A DNA stretch of 64,000 nt, from contig OZ024740.1 of NCBI GenBank assembly GCA_964016885.1, positions 163,742,001 through 163,806,000 of the forward strand, in the 5' to 3' direction. Made by a program: the position numbers and the translations under genes. This document shows, one piece after another, positions 24,421-38,072 of the stretch (positions are counted from its first letter, which is position 1; each line of letters opens with the position of its first letter). The notes under the pieces are model-generated. The model searched no databases. It was not told the origin of the DNA and was given only the letters and a program-made list of their open reading frames with translations. Source of the DNA: Eledone cirrhosa. Taxonomy: Eukaryota.

Positions 24421-25338
24421 TAGTTTCTGAATTTTTTGAAACATACAGAAGCATATGCATATATATATAATCATCATCATCATCATCATTATCATCATTT
24501 AACATCCATTTGCCATTTTTGCATGAGTTAGACAGGTTGTCACGTTACGAGACAAGTTATATCCAGAGACCACATCTTGTTCATATGGATCTATATTTTG
24601 GCTTGGTTTCTATGGCTGGATGCCCTTCCTAACATCAACCACATTAGTGTGGACTTGGTGCTTTTTATTGTGACACCAAAATGACCATCAAACAAGGTGA
24701 ACAGGGTGATTTTTGTTGTGTCACCAGCTCAACCTCATTACAGTGGGGCCTGGGCACTTGTTGTCATGTCAGCAGCATGACCACCTCACAGATCTGATTT
24801 GGCACATTTTGTCGTATCACCTACACAACTGCCTTACAAAGTGGACTGGGTGCTTTTTTGTTGTGTCACTAGCACAACCTCTATACAGGGTGGACTGGGG
24901 GTCGCCTGTCATGTTGCCAGTGCAACCATCTTATATAGTGCAACTGGTGCTGCTTCTTTTCATGTTATTAGTACAACCCCTATACTAGTTGGACTTGGTA
25001 CTTTTGTTGTTATGGTGCCAGATAGTCATACTGGGTGAACAAAGTGCTTTTTGTTGTAGAAGCAGCATTCTGGGAGTGGGGAACAGATTTGGAGCGTGTC
25101 CTACTTTCCATTCTTGTATGTAGGAGTTGAGCATAACAGGAGAAGTACCACAGGAACATGTAAGTTGGACATGGATGAAGTGAGTGGGGTATTTAGTTGG
25201 GGAGGGTGTAGGGAAGGGGAATGAAGGAGGGGGAGAGGAACGCTAGTTGCAGGCTAATGTCAGGATTTTACATCTCTCTCTATATATATATTTATGCATA
25301 TATACACACACACATACATATATATATGTATATACATG

Positions 25339-25380
<42 letters not shown>

Positions 25381-25749
25381 TATATGCATTCATTATACAT
25401 TATATATATATATAATATAGATGTTAAACAGTGATGATGATGATATATATATATATATCATCATCATCATCGTTTAACGTCCATCTTCCACGCTAGCATG
25501 GGTTAGACGGTTTTGTTCCATTTGATGCAGGAATGGTCGAGAGACCGTGTCTCGCTCGTACAGAAGTGTCTCCGGCAGGTTTTTTAAAGCTGGATGCCCT
25601 TCCTAACACCAACCACATTTACAGTGTGGACTGGGAGCCTTTTTACCATGTGTCCTACATGGCCACATATATATATATGCACACACACACACACAATGAT
25701 CAGCCACATATAAATATATTCTGAAAAATGTTAATTTCAACTTTTATTC

Positions 25750-28560
25750 TATAAAATTCTCTTTAATTCTACTTTTCTATCAATGATTTCATGCAACATT
25801 AAGTACTTTACACTCTGGTTTACATTACAGAATGTTCCATAATGGTATACAGTCTTAATATTTTTTTGTTTTTTTGTCACCTTTTTCTCACTGCATGACA
25901 TTTCTTCAGCACATCTGCCACTATGAAACTTTGTCCTCGCATATTTATCAGGGTTCAATTTTGACAAAGGAGATCCCACCAACTCCATCTATAGAAGAGT
26001 TGAAAGATGATCAGTTTGAAGTCGGGTACATTGTGTATAACACATATAATGCATGCAACTGAATCATCTTTCACATTCTGGTGTTGACAGATGACAATTG
26101 TTATTACAGTTGTTAGCAATGGCTGAAAATATGTAGAAGCTATCTTCATTTTAGATTCCTTACCTTCTCTGTAGGCTTTCATACATAGCCAACCAACCAT
26201 TCAAGCTAAACTATTCTGCCATTTAGTGGAGACATATGCCTTAGTGGTTAGGGTGTCAGACTGCCAATCATATTAGTGTGGGTTCAATTCCTGGACTGGG
26301 TTGTGTGTTGTTTTCTTGAGCAAAACACTTCATTTCATGTTGCTCCAGTACACCCAGCTGAAAATGAGTACCTGCAATAGCTGCAGGTGTAACCCTACAA
26401 TGAACTGGTATCCTGTCCAGTGGGGAGTCTTGTACTCTCAGTCACTTCACACTACAGAAACCAGGATAAGCACCAGCCTGATGAACCTCCAAACTTGAGA
26501 CTCACTTTAAATTCTGCCATTTCTTGTATTAATTCATCCCCTAACAATAAAAAGTGAATTTTCTAAAATATTGTTAATACCCAAGTACTTTGCCTAGTTA
26601 ATTAACTTTTTACTCTCATTGTAAAAAGTCATAAATTCAAAGAGCATGTATATTATGTTATTAATCAAACTCCTCAAAAACTTATAGGTATATAGTATGT
26701 ACTTAACCATCCTTCAAACCTATTACATTAACTCTTTAGCATTTAAACCGGTCATATCCGACCAGAATTCTCTCACCTCTTTCTGTTCAAACCGGCCATA
26801 ACTGGCTACTCATACTTATGGCATTGTTCTCAAAATAAATAATATCAAAATCTCATAGATTCGTTATTATGTGAGATAATAATGAATAAAGTGTTTACTG
26901 TAAAAATACAATAGTAAATATAAAGTAATTTAAATGCTAAAGGTTTGAATACTATCAGGTTCTTAAACATTATTTTCTTATAGTGAACTATTTGAAATTT
27001 AAGAAACCATGGTATTTAGTATAATTTTTTTCATCTGCTTACTAAGTGTACATATTAAGTTCTGCAGTTCAAGTAAAAGTTCAAACAATTCTACCAAACT
27101 GTGCATCAACAAGCTCTAATTATTTTTTAAAGTTTATAATTCTAATACTTTTTCAGCCTATCATACTTTCTGCACAGGATCTTAAGCATCACAGCTCATT
27201 CCAAAATGTTCCCAAATAGCTTTATAAGACTGCCATGTTGCCATTTTAGTTCAGTAAGGTGAAGCAACTCATCTCACAGTGAAAATACACTGAATATGCA
27301 ACCAATTTTTAAGAGTTAATCGTGCATACGATTAACTCATCTTTATTCTTTGGAAACCAATAGTATAAGAAATACATTTTATCACAAAATATATGGAAAT
27401 GATTCAAGCATGCAGCTTCATTTAGAGCATCATCTACATTAATTTGAAATCTGTGGCTGACACAGTGCCAAACAAATTCCATTAGGAAAATCATCAAAAT
27501 AGTTTTGCAATCTTTGATTTTCATTTTAATATTATTGATGATCCATTTAAAAAAAAAAAGAGAAATTGAACAAATTTGATAATAGTCAGAAGTATACTCT
27601 TTTCTTTTTGTTAAAAAAATGATACCACTTTGTAACCCACTTAGAAACTCATCTTATATAGATTTTGCATTTTGCACCACATTTTAGTTGTTTTGTGTAA
27701 AAATTATATTATACTTGGTGGAAAGATTCACAAATTTCTACTTCAAAGAAGAACACTAGAATAGTTTTCCCCTAATGGTAGTAGATTCATCAATCATAAT
27801 AGACATTTTAGGTTGTTTGTAAATTATATAATAATAAAAAATATTGTGTACAGTGCTCAGGTGTACTTCAACTCATCAAAGGTGTATGTATAGTACATAG
27901 GATAATGTACGAATGTCAATAAAGTGACCAGTATATGAGCCATGATATACACACAGATACATGCTTGTGTGTGTTTGGAGGGGGAATATCAGGTGTTGTG
28001 TTAGCAAATTTCGGGAAGCATGGAAGTTTTGCAGGATGCAGTGTCTCGGCAGCTAACAACGGATGCAGGTAGTTTGTTCCATGCTTCAGCAACTCTGAAC
28101 ATGAAAATATGTTTCAGAAAGTCATGGGAGCTGAGCTATTTTCTGATTTTGTAAGCATCTCTTCACCACTGTCTTTCACATTTAGGTCCCTAAGTGGTGG
28201 GTAGTATCTGCAATGATTTAGATGAGTGTAAAATATGCTCCAAGTTATAGTCATTTTTTCTTGCAGTTCAGTATCCTGAATCACCTGTGTGTAGCCTACC
28301 TTTCTGAATAGTATCAAATGCATTTCTATAAGCCTAAACCTATTTTGGCTTCATCACTTTTCAGTACACTGCATTTTCAATTCCTTTTTTTAAATTGTTT
28401 CATTGTTTTTTTAAAGCATCTGTTAAGGTCTTCACTGTTTTATGCTTATAAATCGTTGTTCTTCAACTCATTAACTGTTTTGCCTTATCACAACTCACTC
28501 CTACACCAATACATTAACACTGCACCAGTTATAAAACAAAGTAATCCCTTGTGCTCATTC
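25750..28560 (-). pseudogene. hAT (KIAA1586/ZNF862-like) transposase fossil, interrupted by a SINE, a piggyBac MITE and a CR1 fragment
   Basis: TELQEK, IMIDEST (first catalytic D, about 27780-27800), VWHCVSHRFQ (CxxH), FTVR*VAS (RW), WQSYKAIWEHF, STPECER*FSCM (hATC dimerisation) and LVGSPLSKLNPDKY, in collinear order. Confidence 0.82.
27829..28160 (-). mobile_element. CR1-clade LINE 3' end with an (ATT)n tail
   Basis: Same family as 56762-57103 (TRGHVYKVRK..HFITLRVAEAWNKLPASVV), 59150-59472 and 9512-9845. Confidence 0.8.
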
Positions 28561-30888
28561 AAGTTCAAGGTGACTACAATTGTTACATACACTATATCCT
28601 ATATTTTTTTAACAATTACTCATCTTTTTTTTTTAAATTACATTTTTCAATGTTTTTTTTTTATTAACCATATAGCATTCACATTACTCTATATTTACTA
28701 TTGTATTTTATGCAGTAAAGGCTTTATCTTACATAATTATTTCACATAATATTGAATCTATGAGATTTTGATATTTATTTTGAGAACAATACCTTAACAT
28801 TAGTATGAGGGGCTGGTTACGGCGGGTTTGAACAGAAAGAGGTGAGAGGATTCTGGCTAGATACGGCTAGTTTAAATGCTAAAGGGTTAAGTATATCCAG
28901 CAGTTTGGAAGATCACATTTTTTCAATGGCTTTTGAAATGTCGTCTCACTTATACACACAGCACCAGATGAAACAAAAGATTGATCATCATTTTCAAATT
29001 ATTGTGGGTGTTTTCACCATTGTTTAGTTCACCATGGAGCTGTCTTAAAATATCTTAATGAACTTATTTCAACAGGGGTAAACCAATCCAAAATATATAA
29101 ATATTTGAAACTATTTATAGTTATATAATATAAAGGGTAGAATATTTTATTTTTTCTACTTGCTCTGTTGCTGAACAAAACTATCCATAATAAAATATTC
29201 ATCATTCATGATTTAGGCTGGGAAAATATATTGACAATACTGAGTTCATTTTTTCCCTAGTCATTGTAATCTAACCCAGACAAGTAGTCCAATAATGTAA
29301 TTTTTTAAAGAAATGCATTGAATTATAAAAGTATTGGGAAAGCTGGTATAATGCAAACAGGAAATATAATGGTGGAACTAGTTTGAAGTTAAGTAAGAAT
29401 GACAAAACAAAACAATAGTTGTTATCCTATACTTCACAATATTTTGAGGTTAAAAACTCTTTATCAAATGAAGAAAATTAGCTATTCTTTTCTCTGTGAC
29501 TGATTGATCTAAGCTACATATAGCTTAGATCTATTGTCAATACTAGGTTTAAACCTGTTGATAACTCTATCACATTGAATTCATCATCATCATCACAATT
29601 TAATGTCCATTCTTCCATGACAGCATGGGATTGGCGAGTTATTCTATTGTGAGATAAGTCAGATTAGGTGACTATGTCTTGCTCATACAGAACTGAATTA
29701 TATTATCATACAGCCTAATTTAAGCCAACATAGCAATTTCTCATTAAAGTAGATCATGTAAAAACTTGTCTGAATACAAAGACATAGTAAGTTAGGTCAT
29801 CTCATATCATATTAGCTTCACTACTCATGCTATATAAGCGCTCCACATGAATGTGATGAAATGGGCATAGATAGGATGGCAAAGAGGCCCCCACTGCCAG
29901 TATGCTCTCAAATCTCTGGCCACTTTCCACTTTAATCCTCCCCATCACCATCTAGCACCCTCACACCTATTAGGAATACCCCAATTTAATCCTCTCCCAC
30001 TCACATCCTTCATACCCCTTTTTTTGTCCAACCTATGCTAGATAGAAAGATAACTGCACCCCACCAAATTGTGCTCCCAAAACACTCTATGCCAAACATT
30101 CCCAGGAAATCTGGAAACACCCAACAATATGGTGGTGGTGGTGGCGGTAGCAGTGGTATAGGATGAGGAGGAGGGTGTATACATGTCCTCACACAAGATA
30201 ACATTGTATACACAGCATGTTGTATAACAGGTGTAGTGTAATTTTTGAAAGGTCATCACTGACACATGCAGCATCAGGTGAAACAACAGCATGTGAGAGA
30301 CCATAACTTTCAAGTAATATAGCTCCTATATTAATATAATTTCCATTGTATACTCAGAGCCTCATGTCAATATATGAATCTAATATCCATGATATCTCTT
30401 TCATTTGATGAAGATCTAGGTCAGAGACTCCCACACAATATAAGCATACTTACTTCACTACCTATAACAGCTAAAGTCAGTAAAACCTTTCACTATGTGA
30501 ATTTGTCATGCATGTAAAACCAAAGCTATGCTGAGAAAACTGGCTAGCCAGATAATATGAAGCACATTACATCTATAACATGGTTACCTATGGTTTGTTT
30601 AACTCATTTTGAGTAACTTAAATCATAGCCATTGCCACAATTAAAATATTTAGTGCAGCTCTTGTTGTACATGTGAGATGAATCAGACAACCTTTTGATT
30701 TCTTAATTTAGCCTTATATGTCCACATTCAGCAACACCACAATAAGCATTTTAAGGTCATTTCCACTATTGAAGCAATGATTAGCCTTGCTGGTGTCATG
30801 GTGTGCTTTTTGGGGCAGTCATTTACAGCCAGACACTTTTCTTATTTTCAGCCCATTTAGTTGCCTCTTATGACATGCACAGGTATGG

Positions 30889-32810
30889 TATCATCATCAT
30901 CATCATCATCATCATCAACGTTTAACGTCCGTGTTCCACGCTTGCATGGGTTTGGACGGGGGTAGTCCCACTTGAGGCAAGAGTGATTGTCTTGCTCGCA
31001 TAGGACTGTCTGGCAGGTTTTCTACAGTTGGATGCCCTTCCTAACACCAACCACATTTACAGTGTGGGTCTGGGAGGTTTTTACCGTGTTGCCTACACGG
31101 CCACATTACAGCGTGGACTGTGTGTTTTTTTGTCGTGACACCTACACGATCTCATTTGTTTCGGCCTGGATGGTGTGGCACCAACATAACTTTACATAGG
31201 AGGGGGGGGGGTGTATTTTGTTAGAGATGCCTACTGGCTGTAGTAGGTTTTACTATGTATTTAGGTAAGGCGGGTCTTCTCTATTACTGAGTATCGCCAA
31301 AGGTCTCGGTCCAGTGACATTGTCGTGGAGAGGTTTAAGTGTGTGAGGTCGGAGTTTATCAGCTCGTCCCAGGTTTTTCTAGGTCTGCCTATTCCGTGGC
31401 TACCGTCTATCTTTATTGCCCTGCACTTTGTTATACAGCTATCGACTTTCATGCGCATCACGTGTCCATACCAACATAGCCTTCTCTCGAGTAAACAACA
31501 TTTGATCCCTCTTATTTCTAATTTTTTCCTTAGTTCGTTTATGCTTTGCCGTTCACGTATATTACTATTACACATCCAGCGGAGCATGCAAGCTTCGTTC
31601 CTCTCTAGTCTACGTATATCCTCTGCACACAATGCCCAGGTCTCACTGCCATGCAACATTGCTGTTCGTATGCAGGCATCATACAACCTGCCTTTCATTT
31701 TTAGGGAGAACCCTTTAGCGGCTAATAGTGGTATAAGCTCTCTGAACTTTTTCCATCCAGTTCTGACTCTAGCTACTGTACTTTCAGAGCACCCTCCCCC
31801 ACTGCTGATTTTGTCACCCAGGTAACGGAAGCTGTCCACTATTTCTATAGAGCCCTCTGCGCAGTTGTAAGAGCTAGTATTTTGTGGGCACTTGCTGCTA
31901 CTTATTGCACCAGAGCACCGCCCACATGTAAAATCTATGTTCTTAGTTAGCTTACCTGTGATCCCACTACATCTTTTATGCACCAATACTTTGCATTTGG
32001 GACATAAAATGGAGTTTCTACCTACGCCTTTCCTACACACTGAGCAGTTCCCATGGGCAGCTGGTCTTGAACTCCTCTGTTATAGCCTGAAGGGCAATAA
32101 TAAATAGTAGGGGGCTGAGAACAGAGCCCTGATGGACGCCAACTTTTACGCTAAACTCTTCACTATATTCGTTGTTAATTCTAACCTTGCTGACTGTTTC
32201 TTTATACATGGCTTGTATAGCTCTCACAAGCCATTCGTCGACACCTAGTTTTCTAAGGGCCCACCAGATAATGGAACGGGGGACTCTGTCGAAGGCTTTC
32301 TCCAAGTCGACAAAAGCTAAGTAGAGGGGTTTACCTTTAGCTAGGTACTTCTCCTGTAGTTGACGTACAATGAAAAGAGCGTCTGTGGTACTTTTGCCTG
32401 ACACAAACCCGAACTGCATTTCATCTAGGTCAATTCTCTCTCTGATTAGTTGCGCTATTACTTTTTCCGTGACCTTCATGACCTGGTCGATTAATTTAAT
32501 GCCTCTATAGTTACTCCTATCTAGGGCATCTCCTTTACCCTTATAACAGTTAACGATGATGCTGCTATGCCAGTCCTTCGGAACAACCCCATTCTGTACG
32601 ACTTGGTTAACTATCCGGGTGACCATGGTGTGTCCCACCGTGCCAGATGCCTTCAGCATCTCAGCAACTATTTCCGAAGGCCCAGCCGCCTTACCCGTCT
32701 TCATATCCTTGATTGCCTTACTTATTATACTACCCTCGACTAACACTGCTGGTCCCTCTATTGGGTCGATGTGGGGGAGACTATCTTTCTCCCATTTATT
32801 CTCCTCATTT
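30889..32810 (-). mobile_element. RTE-clade LINE, 5'-truncated, with an internal deletion removing YADD
   Basis: Near-identical to 44276-46462. RT motifs NYRGIKL, DLEKAFDRV and QGSVLSP are present; about 176 bp corresponding to 45467-45642 are missing; (ATG)n tail. Confidence 0.92.
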
Positions 32811-33078
32811 AGACCTATTCTAAACCAGACATCCAAAGGTATTCTAATGCACATGTTCATACCCCCATGACCTTAAAAAGTTCATGGACCTCATGTAAAA
32901 CATGGATCTCACACCTGTATATGAATCTAATATTCATAACACCTCTTGTATTTGATAAAAGATCCAAGCCAAAGACTTCCTCATGTTCACAGATTCATTA
33001 CCTATAAGCACAAGGCTCTAGAAATTAATTATACTGCAATAATGGATGATGGAGTATTAGTGGGATTATATTGTGTGT

Positions 33079-33110
<32 letters not shown>

Positions 33111-36100
33111 TTAACATCCATCTTCCATGCTAGCATGGGTTGGACAGTTTTGTTCCACTTGTGTATCTGATTTAGAATAGATAGATCATATTGCTGAATG
33201 TTGTAAGAGGTGACAAAAGAAGTTGGCACCAAGAAGGGTATTTAGCAGTAAAACATTGCCTTGAAAAAGACCCCATGATGTGTATGAAGACTGTCATGGA
33301 TGGAGGCTGTAGGGAAAACTGCCATAAAATGCCTGCTGTTGCTGTAGTTGGAATTTTACTAAAATGGAAATTGATGCTATAATACAAAATAATACTCCCA
33401 ACTTTAAAGTTGAGCTATCATGATTGAAGAAGATGCAGAACAGTAAAACAACAATGTCTTATCACCAAGTCATATAAATTTATTTTTATTGATGCAAGTT
33501 TTGGCAGGATTACAGCCAGGTCATGATTTGTACATGACTGTAATCACTTCTTTAATATTTTGAACATCTTGTGTTGCCCCACAATTGAATACATGACAGC
33601 ATTAATCATCATTGTCATCAGTTTTACTTCAATTTTCAATGCTAGCATGGGTTGGATGAGACTTGAAGCAGAATTCTATAACTGGATGCTCTTCCGCATG
33701 CTAGCTATCACTTGTTTTTTTTTTTTTTTTAATTTTTAATGGATTTTCATACATTGAACCATTGAACTGCAGGACTTCTGTTGATGTGAGATCATATTAA
33801 ATAGACAGATTCGATTGATTAGATAGATTAAGAAGACAGTTAGATTACATAAATGAAGGGTAGACAGGTAGGCAATATCAGTGTTAGAAAATGCCTTTTA
33901 GAATATTTGCTCCTTCCTCCTTATTTTGTATTTCATGAATTCATCATCATCATTTCATTTTACGTCCCCTTTTTCCTGCTTGCAAGGGTGGGACAGGAAC
34001 TGATTCTGGCTTGATTTCTACAGCTGGATGCCCTTCCTAACACCAACCTCATTTACAGTGAGTGCTGGGTGCTTTCTTGCCATAGCGCCTCCACGACCAC
34101 TTTACAGTGAGTGCTGGGTGCTTTTTTGCTGTGGCACCTCCACGACCACTTTGCAGTGGAATGATATGAACCCCAGTCCCTATCATCTCATTTCTACAGC
34201 TGAGTAAACTGGAGCAATGTGAAATAAAGTGTCTTGCTCAAGGAAACAACAGCAATTCTATATGGAAATTTTAGGACTTTTAAGGACATCATAGCATTTA
34301 TGTGACAGTACAATCATTATTATAGGGAATGAATATACAGAATACATGAAAATTGAGAAATAGGTATATCCCCCACCCTCTTCCTGTACTACCACCCATC
34401 CGCCCCACTTTATATTATTGAGTTCAAATGCATGTCTTAATTAAGTTAATTAACAATCTTTTGTGCACAGAAACACTAAATTTGATGTTAGGGGTGAATA
34501 TATTTTTCTGAAATATTTTCTGATAATCACTAAGATATAATTGATACTTTTATCTACACAGATAGATTAATCATTTTGATATCAACCTGAGCAAGTCTGG
34601 CTCAAGTTCTATGAAACAAAACCACCCATTATAAGGGGTTCTCATTTAAACCTTTAGCATTTAAATTGGCCATATCCGGCCAGAATTCTCTCACCTCTTT
34701 CTGTTCAAATCAGCCGTAACCAGCCACTCATACTGATGTTAAGGTATTGTTCTCAAAATAAATAATATCAAAATCTTACAGATTCAAATATTATGTGAGA
34801 TAATTATGTGAGGTAAAGCCTTTACCATGAAAATACAATAGTATATATATAGTAATGTAAATGCTAAAGGGTTAAATCAAAATCTTCCACCATCATTCTA
34901 TATAAGAACCATATGTTAAGATACAATCTTAGAGTGTTAGAAGTGTGTGTTGGACCTTCGTCGGTTTCAATGACAAGTGTTTCAGTTGTTCAGACAACAA
35001 AACAGCTTGCATATGAAATTATTGTGCAAGTGACTGAGCATTCCACAGAGATGTGTACCTTTAATGTAGTTCTTAAGGAGATTCAGCATGACATGATTAG
35101 GGACATAGCTGACCCATTGAATTACAGGTACAATTCATTTTTACCAGCTGAGTGAACTGGAGCAACATGAAATAAAGTATCTTGCTCAAGGACATAACGT
35201 GCCACCAGGAATCAAACTCACAACTTTATGATTGTAAACCAAGCACATTAACCACTAAACCATGACCTTCACACTACTTTAGTAATGAAATAATAATGTT
35301 TGTAAATTCCTAAAATATCTTCATTATATAATTGAAATAGTGTGTATTTCGTTAGAAATACTGTCACGAAAAGGTTAACTTAAGTAATGGAATTGTCTAT
35401 GAAACACATACATGTACACCAGGTACAAACACAAAGGAACCAAACTTCCACTGTCACTGCCTCCGTCTCTCCTGCTTTCCCCATCTCTCACTATTATGAG
35501 CAAATAGGGGACCAATAGAAGTCATCCATATTTTTAGAGGTCACTTTAGAAGTTACAGAGTACATAAGCAGTCTGCTTTTTCTTCTTTTTTATTTATTTG
35601 AATTAAAAGAATTATTTCAAGTGTCAGTTTGCTCTTTCAATTTCCCTTATTATGTAACTGTATCAGGTTTATCTAAATTGGCAGCACCACAAAGAATTAT
35701 AATTTGAGTTAAACTCACATGCACAACTATGTTAAGTAGGCTATGTACTTTAGATTTTTTTTCTAAGAATATCTTTGATTGTACATATGCAACATAATTC
35801 ATATAATATACATTTTAGCCCACCTTAACTGTTTCTTCCTGTGTGAAGATGACATTGTAGATGTATAGATAATAGCTTGTATAGCTTGAGTAGTGAAGTT
35901 AACTTACAATGTGCCAGTGTGAGAAATATAGTTTGGATAACATTATAGCAAAAAGAAAGAAAAGAAAGAAAAGCGGAAAAGAGATATAAGAAATGGGGTG
36001 AGGGCAAACTCTGTGCTCTTGGTTGGACATTATATTTCAGCTGCTCCCCACAGACAAGATGGTGGAAGTGATGCCATAGAGAATAGCCAGCAATGCCTGT

Positions 36101-38026
36101 TGCATCAGCTATTCTACTTCATGGGATTCCTTCCTTGACTAAGAACACTGGAGATCTCAATGAAAACTGGTACAAAAGTAAATAGTCAGTCAATGCCTGG
36201 TATTTAATCATCATCTGCTCATCTACAATATGGGTGGTGGTACCCAAGCTTGTAGCTGAAGTGATGAAGTTGGTATTGGAGAAAGTGTCACAACATGAGG
36301 TGTTCTAGATGAGTGGCTTATCCTCGTCAAACAGAAAAAGGGTTCTCCTATCTGTCACCTACTGTCATTGCAGTCAAGACTGATAGAATCCAGTTGTGTT
36401 ATAAAACTGGCTGTGTTGAGGTTCCACTTAACTATGTTATTCAGAGTAGAGTGGTGAGAAAAGCAACACACATCATGGCAACATGTGAGTGAATGTAGCT
36501 CAAATTCATTGATAGTAACTCGCACACATGAAGGCTATGATTGAGACATAATGCTACCAACTGCAAGTGCATGCATCACCAAGAAGGGTACCGATTAATG
36601 AAGAAGGCATTGAATTGAGCCACATGCCACTGTTTCAAGGCAAATAGGAGGTAGATAATCGGGTGTTGGTTAAGGGACAACTTAATCTTCATGCAGTTTG
36701 AGCTGCATTTGATGTCATCCCAGTCATGCATATTGAAAAATAGGCCATCATTAACCTGGACAGCCAGTGCTGATTCGAGTTCCTAATCCACATTATGTTC
36801 AGATGTATTACAGAGAATCTTGAAGATGAAGACACAACTACTGATGATGGCAGAGAGATAGGCTGGTAATCTCAGGTTAGAGGTTGAACTTCACAAGGAA
36901 CCTGTGTCATCAAAACTGAGATTGCAGCGGGGGATGTACATGCATTAGGTTCTTAACACCCAAGGGAATGTTAGGACATGGTCCAAGAAGAACATGAAGA
37001 CACTGGCTGCTATAAATCTTGGGAATTACTAAGAATATAGAAAGCTGAAAACTAGCTGGCCCTATGTAACCTATGATTTACCTCACATTTGATTTTAAAA
37101 TGTTGCTCTTTTACACTCTGAAAAATCACTCTAAAATTTCATATAATTATTTCACCAGCTCCTATCACACAATAATTTGTAACTTTTATTCTGGGATTGT
37201 TTTTTGTTTGAAATAGCTCTATATTGATTTATATCTATGAAGCTTTTTGATCTTTATTCCTGAGTAGAATGAAATTACCTAGGTTAGTAGGACACTTATT
37301 GTCACTTGTATTTGTAAAGTGAACTAAACTATTTCCAAGCAATGGATAGACTAAAAATTCCAATTATATCTGAAATCTATCATGTCATGGGAAGAAAATT
37401 ACATCTCAATAAAGTAAATATAACAAAAAACACTATCTTAATTTTAAAAATTCAATTTTATCTTTGTTAATTTAAAAATGTTGTTATTTCTAAGATTGTA
37501 TTTTTTAAACTCTTAATCTTATCTTGAATGACAAAACATTTTTTAGTAATTGGATCTACAGGTGAAACATTGTATGTGGAATCATCATCATCACCATCAT
37601 CATTTTACATTTGTTTTTTCATGCTTGCACAAATTGGGTGGGTTGTCATGATCCATATCATCACACAAACACAGTGACAAAAATGCTGACCAACTTTGGT
37701 TTTATATCTTAATGTGGACAGTGTGGATTTCATCATGCTACAGACACCAAGGGCTACAAAAATATCTCTTCTACTCTCTGTTTTTATTCAAAATGATGGC
37801 ATTCCTGGACAGGTAACCTTTTATTTGACTTTAGGAGATCATGTTATAATCGTATATTCCATTTTTGGTATATTTTCTATGGATGGATGCTCTTCCTTTC
37901 ACCAAACCTTTTACAGAGTATACTGGGTGTATTATATTGTGCCACTAACACAAAACAAAATGTTATACACACACATATGTATATATATACATATTCATTT
38001 TATTAAGGCTAGCTAAATAGTGAATC

Positions 38027-38072
38027 TTGTCACTCTGGAATTTCGCCTGTTTATCACTGGGTCATCAGACAA
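38027..38072 (-). ncRNA. Degenerate minimal type-I hammerhead ribozyme motif
   Basis: Minus strand: UUGU-CUGAUGA-CCCAGUGAUAAACAGGC-GAAA-UUCCAGAG-U-G-ACAA. Core and stem I are intact, stem II has two mismatches, and the cleavage position is G. Confidence 0.6.

Noticed and set aside
24130-24498. Possible nested host gene on the - strand
   Set aside because: Explained as a Penelope-like RT fragment with stops and frameshifts.
25874-26062. Possible + strand exon of the C6orf118-like gene
   Set aside because: Its phase is incompatible with exon 4, and the opposite strand encodes the hAT dimerisation domain.
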